A DNA stretch of 64,000 nucleotides from Roseibacillus sp. (GTDB lineage Bacteria > Verrucomicrobiota > Verrucomicrobiia > Verrucomicrobiales > Akkermansiaceae): positions 1,216,001 through 1,280,000 of the forward strand of contig JBPOGI010000001.1 of NCBI GenBank assembly GCA_051251855.1. The letters run 5' to 3'. The notes beneath the pieces were generated by a model. The model was given only the letters and a program-made list of their open reading frames with translations. It was not told where the DNA came from and searched no databases. Within the stretch, counting starts at the first letter, position 1. Each line of letters begins with the position of its first letter. Both the position numbers and the translations under genes were made by a program. This document shows positions 40,066 to 49,462 of the stretch, in pieces.

Positions 40066-40929
40066 TCAAATCCCCTCGCCGCGACACCCCAATCCCTGGT
40101 TCATGCCCATCGCAGGATTCTCTTCATCAGTTCGCCCCACCACCTCAGCAGGCACCCCCGCTACCGTCGTGTGCGCTGCCACATCATTGAGCACCACACT
40201 GCCTGCGCCAATCTTGGCACCCTCGCAAATCTCAACACGCCCCAAAATCTTTGCACCCGCCCCAATCAATACCCCCGAGCGCACCACCGGATGACGAGCA
40301 CCCGTTGACTTGCCCGTTCCTCCCAGCGTCACCTCATGCAGAATCGAAACATTATCCTCAATGATGGCCGTCTCACCCACCACAAAACTCGTTGCATGGT
40401 CCAGCATGATTCCGCACCCAATGCGCGCTGCAGGATGAATATCGACGCCAAAAACCTCGCTGGCCAGGCTTTGAAAGTAGTAGGCCAACTGTCTCCGCCC
40501 ATTTTTCCAGAGTTGATGCGAAACCCGATAGGTCGAAATCGCAGCAAATCCCTTAAAAAACAAAAGCGCCTCCACCGGACTGTCACATGCCGGATCCCGC
40601 GTATGAATCGCCTCAATATCCTCGGCAGCGCTCCTCACCAGCTCAGGATGCTCCTTAAAAACCTCGCGCAAGAGCGATTGTAAATCCTCACGGCCCATAT
40701 CCTCACGCGCCAATTTACGCGACAGACGTGCCGACAACGCCTGTCCCAAACACTCGGAATCCAAGAGCACCCCTTTCACCAAGGACTGCAAACGCGGCTC
40801 TTCTTCGTAGACTCTCCCTCCTTCCTGACAAATGACTTCCCATAGTTCGGCTAAATCCACCGAATGATTCTCGCACAACCGTGGTTCCTTCCCGCTGGCT
40901 TCTCCAGCCTCTTCATGCTCTTCTTTCAT
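40066..40929 (-). CDS. cysE: Serine O-acetyltransferase
   Basis: RDPAC, LLFFKGF, FGVDIHPAARIGCGIMLDHAT, VTLGGTGK, RHP, hexapeptide repeats; start uncertain (40929 or 40860). Confidence 0.95.
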   Translation of the reverse strand: MKEEHEEAGEASGKEPRLCENHSVDLAELWEVICQEGGRVYEEEPRLQSLVKGVLLDSECLGQALSARLSRKLAREDMGREDLQSLLREVFKEHPELVRSAAEDIEAIHTRDPACDSPVEALLFFKGFAAISTYRVSHQLWKNGRRQLAYYFQSLASEVFGVDIHPAARIGCGIMLDHATSFVVGETAIIEDNVSILHEVTLGGTGKSTGARHPVVRSGVLIGAGAKILGRVEICEGAKIGAGSVVLNDVAAHTTVAGVPAEVVGRTDEENPAMGMNQGLGCRGEGI

Positions 40930-40931
40930 CA

Positions 40932-41345
40932 GTGAGGGTCTCCCAAAAACTTGAATACGCCTGCCGCGCTGCCATTCAACTCGCAAAACATCACGACGGG
41001 GAGTCTCCTCTCCGCCTTGATGACCTCGCGACGCGAGAGCATGTGCCAGCAACCTTCCTAGTGCAAATCCTCTCTGACCTGAAACAAGCCAATCTCGTCA
41101 TCTCCAAGCGCGGCAAAAGCGGCGGTTACCTCCTCGCCACCGATCCCGCCCAAATTACCCTCGCTAAACTCATCGAAGCCGTTGACCCCCAGCTGCTCGA
41201 AGAACCAGAAGCCGGAGAAGGAGAATCAGCCCCCGCCCTGCACCTCATTTGGCAAAACCTCACCGGAATCCTCTCCGAGACCCTCCAAAGCACCACCCTC
41301 GAACAGCTCGCCAACCCAGAAGAAGCCCCCATGTGGTTCATCTAG
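40932..41345 (+). CDS. Rrf2 family transcriptional regulator (CymR-like, no Fe-S cysteine triad)
   Basis: VRVSQKLEYACRA, FLVQILSDLK, SKRGKSGGYLLA, ITLAKLIEAVD, C-terminal MWFI. Confidence 0.9.
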   Translation: MRVSQKLEYACRAAIQLAKHHDGESPLRLDDLATREHVPATFLVQILSDLKQANLVISKRGKSGGYLLATDPAQITLAKLIEAVDPQLLEEPEAGEGESAPALHLIWQNLTGILSETLQSTTLEQLANPEEAPMWFI

Positions 41346-41557
41346 TGTCCTGCGCGCTAAGTTCGTTGCAGAATTCCGAAGGGGATTTTTTCCAAGGGCA
41401 AGGCGTGAGGAAAGAGTTAATCGGGATTCATGACTGACAAACAACGCAGCCATTGGAAAAAAGACCCAAGTCATAACCAAGCTTCGACATCGGAGGTGTT
41501 TTTCTGAGCAAAATGAAAAATTGAATTCTGTGACGAACTTAGCGCGCAGGACACTAG
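41342..41557. mobile_element. 216-bp miniature inverted-repeat element (MITE)
   Basis: 35-bp terminal inverted repeats CTAGTGTCCTGCGCGCTAAGTTCGT(TG/CA)CAGAATTC at 41342-41376 and 41557-41523 (33/35 identical); CTAG at both ends; no credible internal gene. Confidence 0.85.
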
Positions 41558-41610
41558 CCGGGTCACTCCTTTCCATTTACCAAAAACCAAAAGTGATCCA
41601 GACTGACGTC

Positions 41611-43026
41611 ATGCGCCTCGTGTTCGTTTGGATTCTCGCCTCACTCTCTGTGAGCGCCGACAACACCGCCAACCTTTCCCTCTATGCCAAGGGCGTTTTT
41701 GCCGAACAAAACAAAGAGTTGCGAACCGCACGCAGCCTTTACGAAGAAACCCTCGCTCAAGACCCTAACGCCTACCCCCTCGTCCAAAAAGTCGCCTCCA
41801 TCCAGAGCCGGCGAGTAAAAAACGACCCCTCCTTCCAAGACATTCCAGCTGCCACCGCAACCCTACGCACCTTTGCCAAAAACAACCGAGAACACCTAGC
41901 CTCCCAACTCAACTACGCCTCCTTCCTCCGTCAACATGCCCCCCGCGACGAAATCGCTCGGCAGGCAACCCTTGAAACCCTCGAGCTCGCCGAAGAAAAC
42001 TTCCCCCACGACGACATCGTCTTCAGCTTTCTCATCTCTCTTTACGAAGACCTCGAGCGCCGCAACGACTCCCTCAGTCTTCTCGAAAAAGAACTCAGCG
42101 CCAGCAGCGACGACCCCAATCATTGGCTCGCCCTCATTCCCATCATCAAGACCCTCTACCCCGCCGACGATCCTCAATACGCGGCAAAACTCGCCCAAGC
42201 GATGGCCAAAGTGGCAGAGCACGGTCTCCATCGTGCGGACATAGCGCGCCGCGTCTCCGAATACCACCGGAACCAAGGCCGCATGGACCAAGCTCTTACT
42301 ACCCTAGAAGAACATCTCGAACTCTCTCCATCCTCTCACTCTCTTCGCACTCGGCTCGGCCTCCTACAACTCTCTAACAAAGACGAGAAAGCGGGAGAAG
42401 AGACCCTCCTAGACGTCATCGCCATCGACCCTGACCAAAGCCTCGCCCACAGCTCTTTGGCCAAGCTCTATACCAAGCGCAACGACCCTCTCCGCGCTCT
42501 CGGTCACCGAGCCGAAGTGCTCCGCATTCGCGGTGGAGACCCCACCGAGGCTATTCAAGTCGCGGACGAATACCTCGCACTGGACATGCCTCACGAAGCA
42601 CGGCTCTTGTTAGAAAAGTTTCGCTTCGACCACCCCGAAAGCCCCGGCATTCATGCCCGCCTCGCCATCGCCACTTTACGCGATGGACTCACCCAAGAAG
42701 CCGCCCGACTCTTCCGCCAAGCAGAGGCGCTTGCCGAAGAATCGAAAGAAGATGACGCCAAAGAGTATCTAGACACGGACTTTCAAATCGAGTTCGCCCA
42801 TATCCTCGTCGAGGCAAACGATCTCGCCTCAGCCGAAACCCGCCTTCGCCAGGCTGCACAAGGTCTCGACCTCGACGCTGAACCCAAAAAATACGCCCGT
42901 GCTGTCACTGCGCTCGCCAAGCTCTGGCTCGACCAAGGGAAAAACGAAGCCCCTGCCAAAGCCCTTCTCCAGCGCGCCACCATGCTCGATCCTGAGAACG
43001 AAGAAGCCGCTTCTCTGCTTAAATGA
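41611..43026 (+). CDS. Exported tetratricopeptide repeat protein
   Basis: Signal peptide MRLVFVWILASLSVSA and multiple TPR units (LELSPSS, IAIDPDQ, TMLDPEN). Confidence 0.85.
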   Translation: MRLVFVWILASLSVSADNTANLSLYAKGVFAEQNKELRTARSLYEETLAQDPNAYPLVQKVASIQSRRVKNDPSFQDIPAATATLRTFAKNNREHLASQLNYASFLRQHAPRDEIARQATLETLELAEENFPHDDIVFSFLISLYEDLERRNDSLSLLEKELSASSDDPNHWLALIPIIKTLYPADDPQYAAKLAQAMAKVAEHGLHRADIARRVSEYHRNQGRMDQALTTLEEHLELSPSSHSLRTRLGLLQLSNKDEKAGEETLLDVIAIDPDQSLAHSSLAKLYTKRNDPLRALGHRAEVLRIRGGDPTEAIQVADEYLALDMPHEARLLLEKFRFDHPESPGIHARLAIATLRDGLTQEAARLFRQAEALAEESKEDDAKEYLDTDFQIEFAHILVEANDLASAETRLRQAAQGLDLDAEPKKYARAVTALAKLWLDQGKNEAPAKALLQRATMLDPENEEAASLLK

Positions 43027-43035
43027 TCTGCTCAA

Positions 43036-43701
43036 ATGAAACCCCTTCTCTACCTCGGAGCCTTTCTCGCACTCCTCCTCACCTCCTGCAGTGTCCAGCC
43101 TCCGCTTCCTCCCGAAGTAAGAACTCCTTCAACCCTCGTGGTGGTTCACGGCCTTTATGCCAATGCCAATCACGTTCGTCCCATCAAAGAAGGCCTCGCG
43201 TCTGCCGGCTTTACCAGCTTCGCGCCCAACCTGACCCCCAACAACGGCAGCACCTCGATTGAGTCCCTGGCACAACAACTCGGCACCTACATCGACCAAC
43301 ACGTTCCGGCCAATGCCCCTATCCAAATCGTGGCGCATAGCATGGGCGGACTGGTCGCTCTCCAATACCTCCAAGACCCCCAAACTGCGGTCAAATGCCG
43401 TGGTCTCTACACCATTGCCACTCCGCATAACGGCACCCTCCTTGCTAGCTTCCACGGTGGGCCTGCCGGTCGACAAATGGTCTCCAATTCGTCATTTCTA
43501 CAAAAGCTCAACGCGCGTCGCCCCTCATTTCCCGTGACAACCTACCGTACCACCAACGATTTGGTGATTATTCCTAGCTCCAGCTCAATTCTCCCCTTCG
43601 CTGACAACCAAACTATCTCAAGTGGTGGCCACAACGAAATCCTCCAAAGCTCCGAACTCCTCTTCGACCTCACGCGACGTATTCAAGAGCAAGATTCCTA
43701 G
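43036..43701 (+). CDS. Lipoprotein alpha/beta hydrolase (small lipase/esterase)
   Basis: Lipobox LTSC, VVVHG, nucleophile elbow AHSMGG, ATPHNGT, DLVI, GH. Confidence 0.9.
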   Translation: MKPLLYLGAFLALLLTSCSVQPPLPPEVRTPSTLVVVHGLYANANHVRPIKEGLASAGFTSFAPNLTPNNGSTSIESLAQQLGTYIDQHVPANAPIQIVAHSMGGLVALQYLQDPQTAVKCRGLYTIATPHNGTLLASFHGGPAGRQMVSNSSFLQKLNARRPSFPVTTYRTTNDLVIIPSSSSILPFADNQTISSGGHNEILQSSELLFDLTRRIQEQDS

Positions 43702-43822
43702 TTGCTCTCTGCAGTAATAGAAACTCCCCAGCGCTCCTCTGTGGCTTCATCGCCAAATCATCACAAAACCTTTGCTGTCCTTCTCGAAACCACTCCTTTA
43801 TTATCCCACGAACAAAAACAAG

Positions 43823-44278
43823 ATGGAGCTGGAAAACGAAGAATCGACTATCCCCCCCAAAGAATCCTCCCCCAACCAAGAAACACCAAAAGGATTCCAG
43901 TGGAACCTCGTCGGATGGTTCGGCGCCTCCCTAGGGGCCTCCCTCTGGATGATCGCCACGCCCTTCTTCCTAAGCTGGCCCGCCTCTGGAGTCTTCGCAG
44001 GCATCGTTGGCACTCTCGTCATCTGGTCCTTTTCTTCGATCGTCTGGGCCTTCCGAGAAAAAATTTCGGCTTTTAAAGGGATCGTCGGCCTTTTGTGCTT
44101 CACAGTCCTCTCTAACCTCGGGTTTCTGCTCTTTGCACATACCAACAAACTCCCTCTGGACACCGCAGCCGATGCCATTGAGACCAACTACGGTCTCTAC
44201 TATGGGGCTCTTCTCGCTCTGGTCGTATCTCTCCTGATTCTCTTTTGGATCAAAGAAAACCGCGCCGCCAAATCGTAG
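43823..44278 (+). CDS. Membrane protein of unknown function
   Basis: FQWNLVGWFGASLGASLW followed by four hydrophobic segments. Confidence 0.7.
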   Translation: MELENEESTIPPKESSPNQETPKGFQWNLVGWFGASLGASLWMIATPFFLSWPASGVFAGIVGTLVIWSFSSIVWAFREKISAFKGIVGLLCFTVLSNLGFLLFAHTNKLPLDTAADAIETNYGLYYGALLALVVSLLILFWIKENRAAKS

Positions 44279-44367
44279 CGAACGCCCCCTTTGCCAAGAA
44301 ACAACCGCTCCTTTCCAAGGAGTTCTGGACTCAGAGCGCCATTCTCCCTTACCTTACAGGGACACTC

Positions 44368-47300
44368 ATGATGGACCTTTCTGACCACAAGCTCATGGCC
44401 GCGAACCGCGGTGAAATCGCCATTCGCATCTTCCGTGCTGCCAACGAACTCGGCATCCGCACCGTCTCTATCTACGCTGAAGAAGACCGCTTCTCCCGCC
44501 ACCGCTTCAAGGCCGACGAAGCCTACCAGCTCGACGCCACCAAAGGCCCCGTCGGCGCCTACCTCGACTACGAAGGCATCGTCGCCTTAGCCAAAAGCAA
44601 GGGCGTCACCATGATTCACCCTGGTTACGGCTTCCTTTCCGAAAACCCCGACTTCGCCCGTGCCTGTGCCCGCGAAGGCATCATCTTCATCGGCCCTAAC
44701 AGCGACCTCCTCGGCTCCATGGGCGACAAAACTGCGGCCCGCGCCCAAGCGATCGCCGCCAACGTCCCCGTCCTCCCCGGAACCGAAGACGCCATCTCCG
44801 ATCCCGACCAAGCGATCACCACCGCTCAGGAAATCGGATTTCCTCTCATCATCAAAGCTGCCTTCGGTGGCGGCGGACGCGGAATGCGCATTGTCGAAAA
44901 GCCTTCCGAGCTGCAAGCCCGTCTCGCCGAAGCCCAAGACGAAGCCCAAAACGCCTTCGGCAACTCCGCCGTCTTCCTCGAGCGCTACATCAAGCGCGCC
45001 AAACACATCGAAGTGCAAATCCTCGGCGACCAACACGGCAACGTGGTCCACATGCACGAGCGCGACTGCTCCGTGCAACGCCGCTACCAAAAAGTAGTCG
45101 AAATCGCCCCCTCCATCGACCTCCCCGGCGACTTGCGCAAAGACCTCTGCCAATCCGCCGCCAACCTCGCCAAGTCCATCGGCTACGACAACGCCGGCAC
45201 CGTGGAATACCTCTACGACATGGACAGCAAAGAGTGGTTCTTCATCGAGATGAACCCCCGTATCCAAGTCGAGCACACCGTCACCGAATGCGTCACTGGC
45301 ATCGACCTCGTGCAGTCCCAGATCCTCGTCTCTCTCGGCAAAGAACTCCACGGCCCTGAACTCTCCATCCCCGCCCAAGACGAGATCCCCTGCAACGGTT
45401 ACGCCATCCAGTGCCGCATCACCACCGAGGACCCCGAGAAAGGCTTCGCCCCCGACTACGGCCGCATCGTCAACTACCGTTCCGCTGCTGGTTTCGGCAT
45501 CCGTCTCGACGCCGGTTCAGGCGACGCGGGCTCAGTCATCACGCCCTTCTATGACTCCATGTTGGTCAAGCTCACCGCCACCGCGCGCACCTTCGAAGGC
45601 GCCTGCCGTCGCATGGACCGTGCCCTGCGCGAGTTCCGCATCCGAGGCGTCAAAACCAACATCCCCTTCCTCGAAAACATCATCAACGACAGCCTCTTCC
45701 TCAGCGGAGACGCGCACACCAAGCTCATTGACGAAAAGCCCAGCCTCTTCGAATTCTCCCCTCGTCGCGACCGCGCCACCAAGCTTCTCAACTACCTCTC
45801 CGACATCACCATCAACGGCAACCCCGGAGCCAAAAACTGGAAGCCCGCCCAACCCTTCGCCACTCCGCGCCTCGTCGACTGGACTCCGCGTGCCGCCGAA
45901 TCCAAAGGCTCTCGCGACATCCTGTTAGAAAAAGGCCCCACCGAATTCGCCAACTGGATCAAAAACGAAAAGCGCCTCCTCATCACCGACACCACCATGC
46001 GGGACGCGCACCAGTCCCTCATCGCCACCCGCATGAGGACTCACGACATGCTCGCCATCGCGGAAGCGGTTTCTAACAGAACCCCCAACCTCTTCTCCAT
46101 GGAGATGTGGGGCGGTGCCACCTTCGACACCTCCATGCGCTTCCTCAAGGAAGACCCTTGGGAACGCCTGCGCGAGCTCCGCGAACGCGTCCCCAACATC
46201 TGCTTCCAAATGCTCTTCCGTGGCTCCAACGCCGTCGGCTACTCTAACTACCCCGACAACGTCGTCGCAGGCTTCGTCAAGCACGCCGCCGACTCCGGGA
46301 TGGACATCTTCCGCATCTTCGACTCCCTCAACTACCTTCCTAACATGAAGGTCGCCATGGAAGCCGCCGCCTCCCATGGCACCGCCGTTTGCGAAGCCGC
46401 CGTCTGTTACACCGGCGACATCACCAATCCCGACCGCGCCAAATACTCCCTCAAATACTACGTCGATAAGGCCAAGGAGCTCGAAAAAATGGGCGCCCAC
46501 ATTCTTTGCATCAAAGACATGGCCGGCCTCTGCCACCCCGCCGCCGCCACCAAACTCTTCTCCACCCTCAAGCAAGAGATTGGCATCCCCATCCACTTCC
46601 ACACCCACGACACCTCCGGACTGAACGCCTCTTCCATCATGGCCGCGTCCGATGCCGGAGCCGACATCGCCGACATGGCCCTCGCCTCCATGTCCGGTTC
46701 CACCTCCCAGCCCAACTTGAACTCCGTTTGCGCCGCCATGAAAGGCACCGAGCGCGACCCCAGCCTCGACATCCAGGCTCTCAACGAGTTCTCCGACTAC
46801 TGGGAAGAAGTCCTCACTCACTACGAGCCCTTCTACTCCGCTCCCCGTAGCGGCACCGCCGAAGTCTATCTGCACGAAATGCCCGGCGGCCAATACACCA
46901 ACCTCAAGGAGCAAGCCAACGCCATGGGCCTGGGTCATCGTTGGCAGGAAATCGCGCACACCTACGCTGACGTCAACCAAGTCTTCGGCGACATCGTCAA
47001 AGTCACCCCCAGTAGTAAAGTGGTCGGCGACCTCACCATGCTTCTCGTCACCCAAGACCTGAAAGCGAAAGACCTTCTCACCAACACCGCCAAAATTGAC
47101 TTCCCCGAAAGCGTCATCGACATGCTCATGGGCGGTCTTGGACAACCCGATGGAGGCTGGCCCAAAGACATTCAAAAAGCCGTCCTCGGCGAAAAGACCC
47201 CTTACACCGTCCGCCCCGGCGAACTCGCCGCCCCCATCGACCTCGAAGAAACCCGTGCCGAGCTCTCCAAGACCCTCGGCCACCCCGCCAGCGACGACGA

Positions 47301-47820
47301 GCTCTACTCCTCCCTGATGTATCCTCAAGTCTTCACCGACTACGTGGCCAGCCTCAACGACTTCGACCGTCTCACCGTTCTTCCCACCCCCGCCTTCTTC
47401 TACGGCATGGCCATCGGCGAAGAAATCCACGTCGACATCGCCAAAGGCAAAACCCTCTTCATCAAACTCCTCTCCATCGGCGAGCCCGACGACGAAGGCC
47501 GCCGCACCGTCTTCTACGAACTCAACGGCATGCCCCGCGAGACCACCGTCGTCGACAAAGCACTCGGCAAAGAAGCCGCCAGCAACCGCAAAGCCGATCC
47601 AAGCGACAGCAACCAAGTCGCAGCCCCCTTGCCAGGCATGATCAGCGAAGTCGCCGTCAAACCCGGCGACGAAATCGCCGAAGGCGACAAACTCGTCGTC
47701 CTCGAAGCCATGAAGATGCTCACCACCGTCTCCGCCCCAGCCGCCGGAACCATCAAAGAAGTCCTCATCGCCAAAGGCAAACAAGCCGATACGGGTGATT
47801 TGCTGGTGGTCCTCGAATAG
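44368..47820 (+). CDS. pyc: Pyruvate carboxylase
   Basis: Biotin carboxylase (ANRGEIAIR, GGGGRGMR, RDCSVQRR, EMNPRIQVEH), carboxyltransferase (RDAHQS, EMWGGATFD, KDMAG, HTHD) and biotin-attachment EAMKM. Confidence 0.98.
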   Translation: MMDLSDHKLMAANRGEIAIRIFRAANELGIRTVSIYAEEDRFSRHRFKADEAYQLDATKGPVGAYLDYEGIVALAKSKGVTMIHPGYGFLSENPDFARACAREGIIFIGPNSDLLGSMGDKTAARAQAIAANVPVLPGTEDAISDPDQAITTAQEIGFPLIIKAAFGGGGRGMRIVEKPSELQARLAEAQDEAQNAFGNSAVFLERYIKRAKHIEVQILGDQHGNVVHMHERDCSVQRRYQKVVEIAPSIDLPGDLRKDLCQSAANLAKSIGYDNAGTVEYLYDMDSKEWFFIEMNPRIQVEHTVTECVTGIDLVQSQILVSLGKELHGPELSIPAQDEIPCNGYAIQCRITTEDPEKGFAPDYGRIVNYRSAAGFGIRLDAGSGDAGSVITPFYDSMLVKLTATARTFEGACRRMDRALREFRIRGVKTNIPFLENIINDSLFLSGDAHTKLIDEKPSLFEFSPRRDRATKLLNYLSDITINGNPGAKNWKPAQPFATPRLVDWTPRAAESKGSRDILLEKGPTEFANWIKNEKRLLITDTTMRDAHQSLIATRMRTHDMLAIAEAVSNRTPNLFSMEMWGGATFDTSMRFLKEDPWERLRELRERVPNICFQMLFRGSNAVGYSNYPDNVVAGFVKHAADSGMDIFRIFDSLNYLPNMKVAMEAAASHGTAVCEAAVCYTGDITNPDRAKYSLKYYVDKAKELEKMGAHILCIKDMAGLCHPAAATKLFSTLKQEIGIPIHFHTHDTSGLNASSIMAASDAGADIADMALASMSGSTSQPNLNSVCAAMKGTERDPSLDIQALNEFSDYWEEVLTHYEPFYSAPRSGTAEVYLHEMPGGQYTNLKEQANAMGLGHRWQEIAHTYADVNQVFGDIVKVTPSSKVVGDLTMLLVTQDLKAKDLLTNTAKIDFPESVIDMLMGGLGQPDGGWPKDIQKAVLGEKTPYTVRPGELAAPIDLEETRAELSKTLGHPASDDELYSSLMYPQVFTDYVASLNDFDRLTVLPTPAFFYGMAIGEEIHVDIAKGKTLFIKLLSIGEPDDEGRRTVFYELNGMPRETTVVDKALGKEAASNRKADPSDSNQVAAPLPGMISEVAVKPGDEIAEGDKLVVLEAMKMLTTVSAPAAGTIKEVLIAKGKQADTGDLLVVLE

Positions 47821-47918
47821 CCGCTTCCGCTCCGCACGATTTGAGGCCCAATTCAAAAAATTGGACCTAAATGGATGGAATTGGGTGGAATCGGGTGAAA
47901 ACGGAGGTAGGCTTCCGC

Positions 47919-48995
47919 ATGGACATCCATTTACCACCGAATCTTCAGCCGACGAATGAAATCTTGTCGCTGATTTCGGCCATTGACGAGTTCAAGGGCG
48001 AATGGCGGGCATTTGAAAGCCTCGGGCCGGAGACCCTATCCTCTCTGCGGCGAATCGCCACCATCGAGAGCGCCGGCTCTTCTACCCGGATCGAAGGAGC
48101 GAAACTCAGTGACGCAGAGGTCGAAAAGTTATTCGGTCGTCTCGGAAAAGAATCCTTCCAGTCCCGTGACGAACAAGAAGTGGCAGGCTACGCCTACGTG
48201 ATGGAGTCGATCCAGACCGCATGGCAGGACCTCCGAATCTCGGAAAGCATCCTCCTCCAGCTGCATCGCGACCTCCTGCGATACAGCAACAAAGACGAAC
48301 GCCATCGCGGCCAGTGGAAGACCCTCGACAACCACGTCGCGGCCTTCGATGCCGATGGCAAGCAAGTCGGGATCATCTTCGAAACCGCTTCTCCCTTCGA
48401 AACCCCAGTGCTCATGGAGCAACTCCTTTCTTGGCTCATCAAGGAAGAGAACGATCCCGTTCTCCATCCTCTGCTGCGAATCGCAATTTTCAACGTCGTC
48501 TTTCTCGCCATCCATCCCTTCCAAGATGGCAACGGTCGCCTTTCGCGTGTCCTAACAAACCTGATGCTCCTACGTTCGGGTTATGCCTATGCTTCATACA
48601 CTTCTTTGGAGAGTGTGATCGAACATCATAAGGACGCCTACTACCTGGCCTTGCGACGCACCCAGACTTCTTTCCAAGAGCAGGCCGACTGGGAGCCATG
48701 GATCATCTTCTTCCTTCGGGCCATGAAATTCCAAATCGAGCGGCTACGGGAACGGCTCTCGGATGGTCCCCCATCAAGCATTCAAAATTCGCCCCCTGTG
48801 AGCCTTTCCCCGCTAGCGGAACGCCTTCTCACGCTCCTCCAAGAACGCCAAACGCTCTCCGTAGCGGAGGCCGAGAAAACCCTCGAAGCGAACCGGAACA
48901 CCCTCAAGAATAAGTTCACTGAGTTAATCGAAAACGAATTGGCCGAACTCCACGGAAAAGGCCGAGGCGCACACTATCGTCCCACGAGACAGTAG
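47919..48995 (+). CDS. Fic family protein (class II) with C-terminal winged HTH
   Basis: Catalytic HPFQDGNGRLSR, N-terminal inhibitory STRIEG motif, C-terminal ...HGKGRGAHY. Confidence 0.93.
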   Translation: MDIHLPPNLQPTNEILSLISAIDEFKGEWRAFESLGPETLSSLRRIATIESAGSSTRIEGAKLSDAEVEKLFGRLGKESFQSRDEQEVAGYAYVMESIQTAWQDLRISESILLQLHRDLLRYSNKDERHRGQWKTLDNHVAAFDADGKQVGIIFETASPFETPVLMEQLLSWLIKEENDPVLHPLLRIAIFNVVFLAIHPFQDGNGRLSRVLTNLMLLRSGYAYASYTSLESVIEHHKDAYYLALRRTQTSFQEQADWEPWIIFFLRAMKFQIERLRERLSDGPPSSIQNSPPVSLSPLAERLLTLLQERQTLSVAEAEKTLEANRNTLKNKFTELIENELAELHGKGRGAHYRPTRQ

Positions 48996-49028
48996 CGGTC
49001 AAACTCAACGTCTTCGAATGAACCAACG

Positions 49029-49118
49029 ATGCCCTCCGCCACCGGAACCGTCAAAGAAGTCCTCATCGCCAAAGGTAAACAGGCAGATACGGGGGACCTC
49101 CTCGTCTTCCTAGAATAG
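49029..49118 (+). repeat. Diverged duplicate of the last ~28 codons of pyc (direct repeat of 47734-47820)
   Basis: Encodes MPSATGTVKEVLIAKGKQADTGDLLVFLE* versus pyc APAAGTIKEVLIAKGKQADTGDLLVVLE*; 25-bp identical core TCAAAGAAGTCCTCATCGCCAAAGG at 47753-47777 and 49051-49075. Confidence 0.92.
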
Positions 49119-49136
49119 CGCTCTTCGCTCGCTGAG

Positions 49137-49164
49137 TTGATAAAATGGCCATTCTCGCTATTGT
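49137..49164 (+). promoter_or_regulatory. Candidate sigma70 promoter and autoregulatory operator of the TA operon
   Basis: TTGATA-N16-TATTGT with the palindrome AATGGCCATT (49144-49153) in the spacer; the ATG is 6 nt after the -10 box. Confidence 0.5.
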
Positions 49165-49170
49165 TCGAGC

Positions 49171-49446
49171 ATGAATTCCTTCGCAGCCACGGATGCCAAG
49201 AACAGCTTTGGTCGTCTCCTCACTCAGGTTCAACGAAGCCCCGTTGAGATTACCAAACAGGGAAAAGGAATTGCCGTGCTGCTCTCGATGGAAGCCTACC
49301 AAGAGATTCAAGAGAGGCTCAACAAAAGAGAACCCACCAACTTTTCGTGGCTCGAAGACTGGCGGAAATCGACCTCACCCACTCCCGACCAAGAACCGAT
49401 TTCAAAAGAATCTTATCGCGGCCACCTCGACGAAAAATACGGCTAA
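49171..49446 (+). CDS. Phd/YefM family antitoxin
   Basis: ATDAKNSFGRLL...PVEITKQGKGIAVLLSMEAY. Confidence 0.9.
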   Translation: MNSFAATDAKNSFGRLLTQVQRSPVEITKQGKGIAVLLSMEAYQEIQERLNKREPTNFSWLEDWRKSTSPTPDQEPISKESYRGHLDEKYG

Positions 49447-49462
49447 CTTCTGAAGACCAGAA

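Noticed and set aside
41226..41576. ORFs spanning the MITE as a possible transposase
   Set aside because: Too short, no DDE or HUH motifs, and largely made of the inverted repeats
45925..47937. 670-aa antisense ORF over pyc
   Set aside because: Shadow frame caused by the strong C-ending codon bias of pyc; Gly/Val/Asp-rich with no recognisable motif
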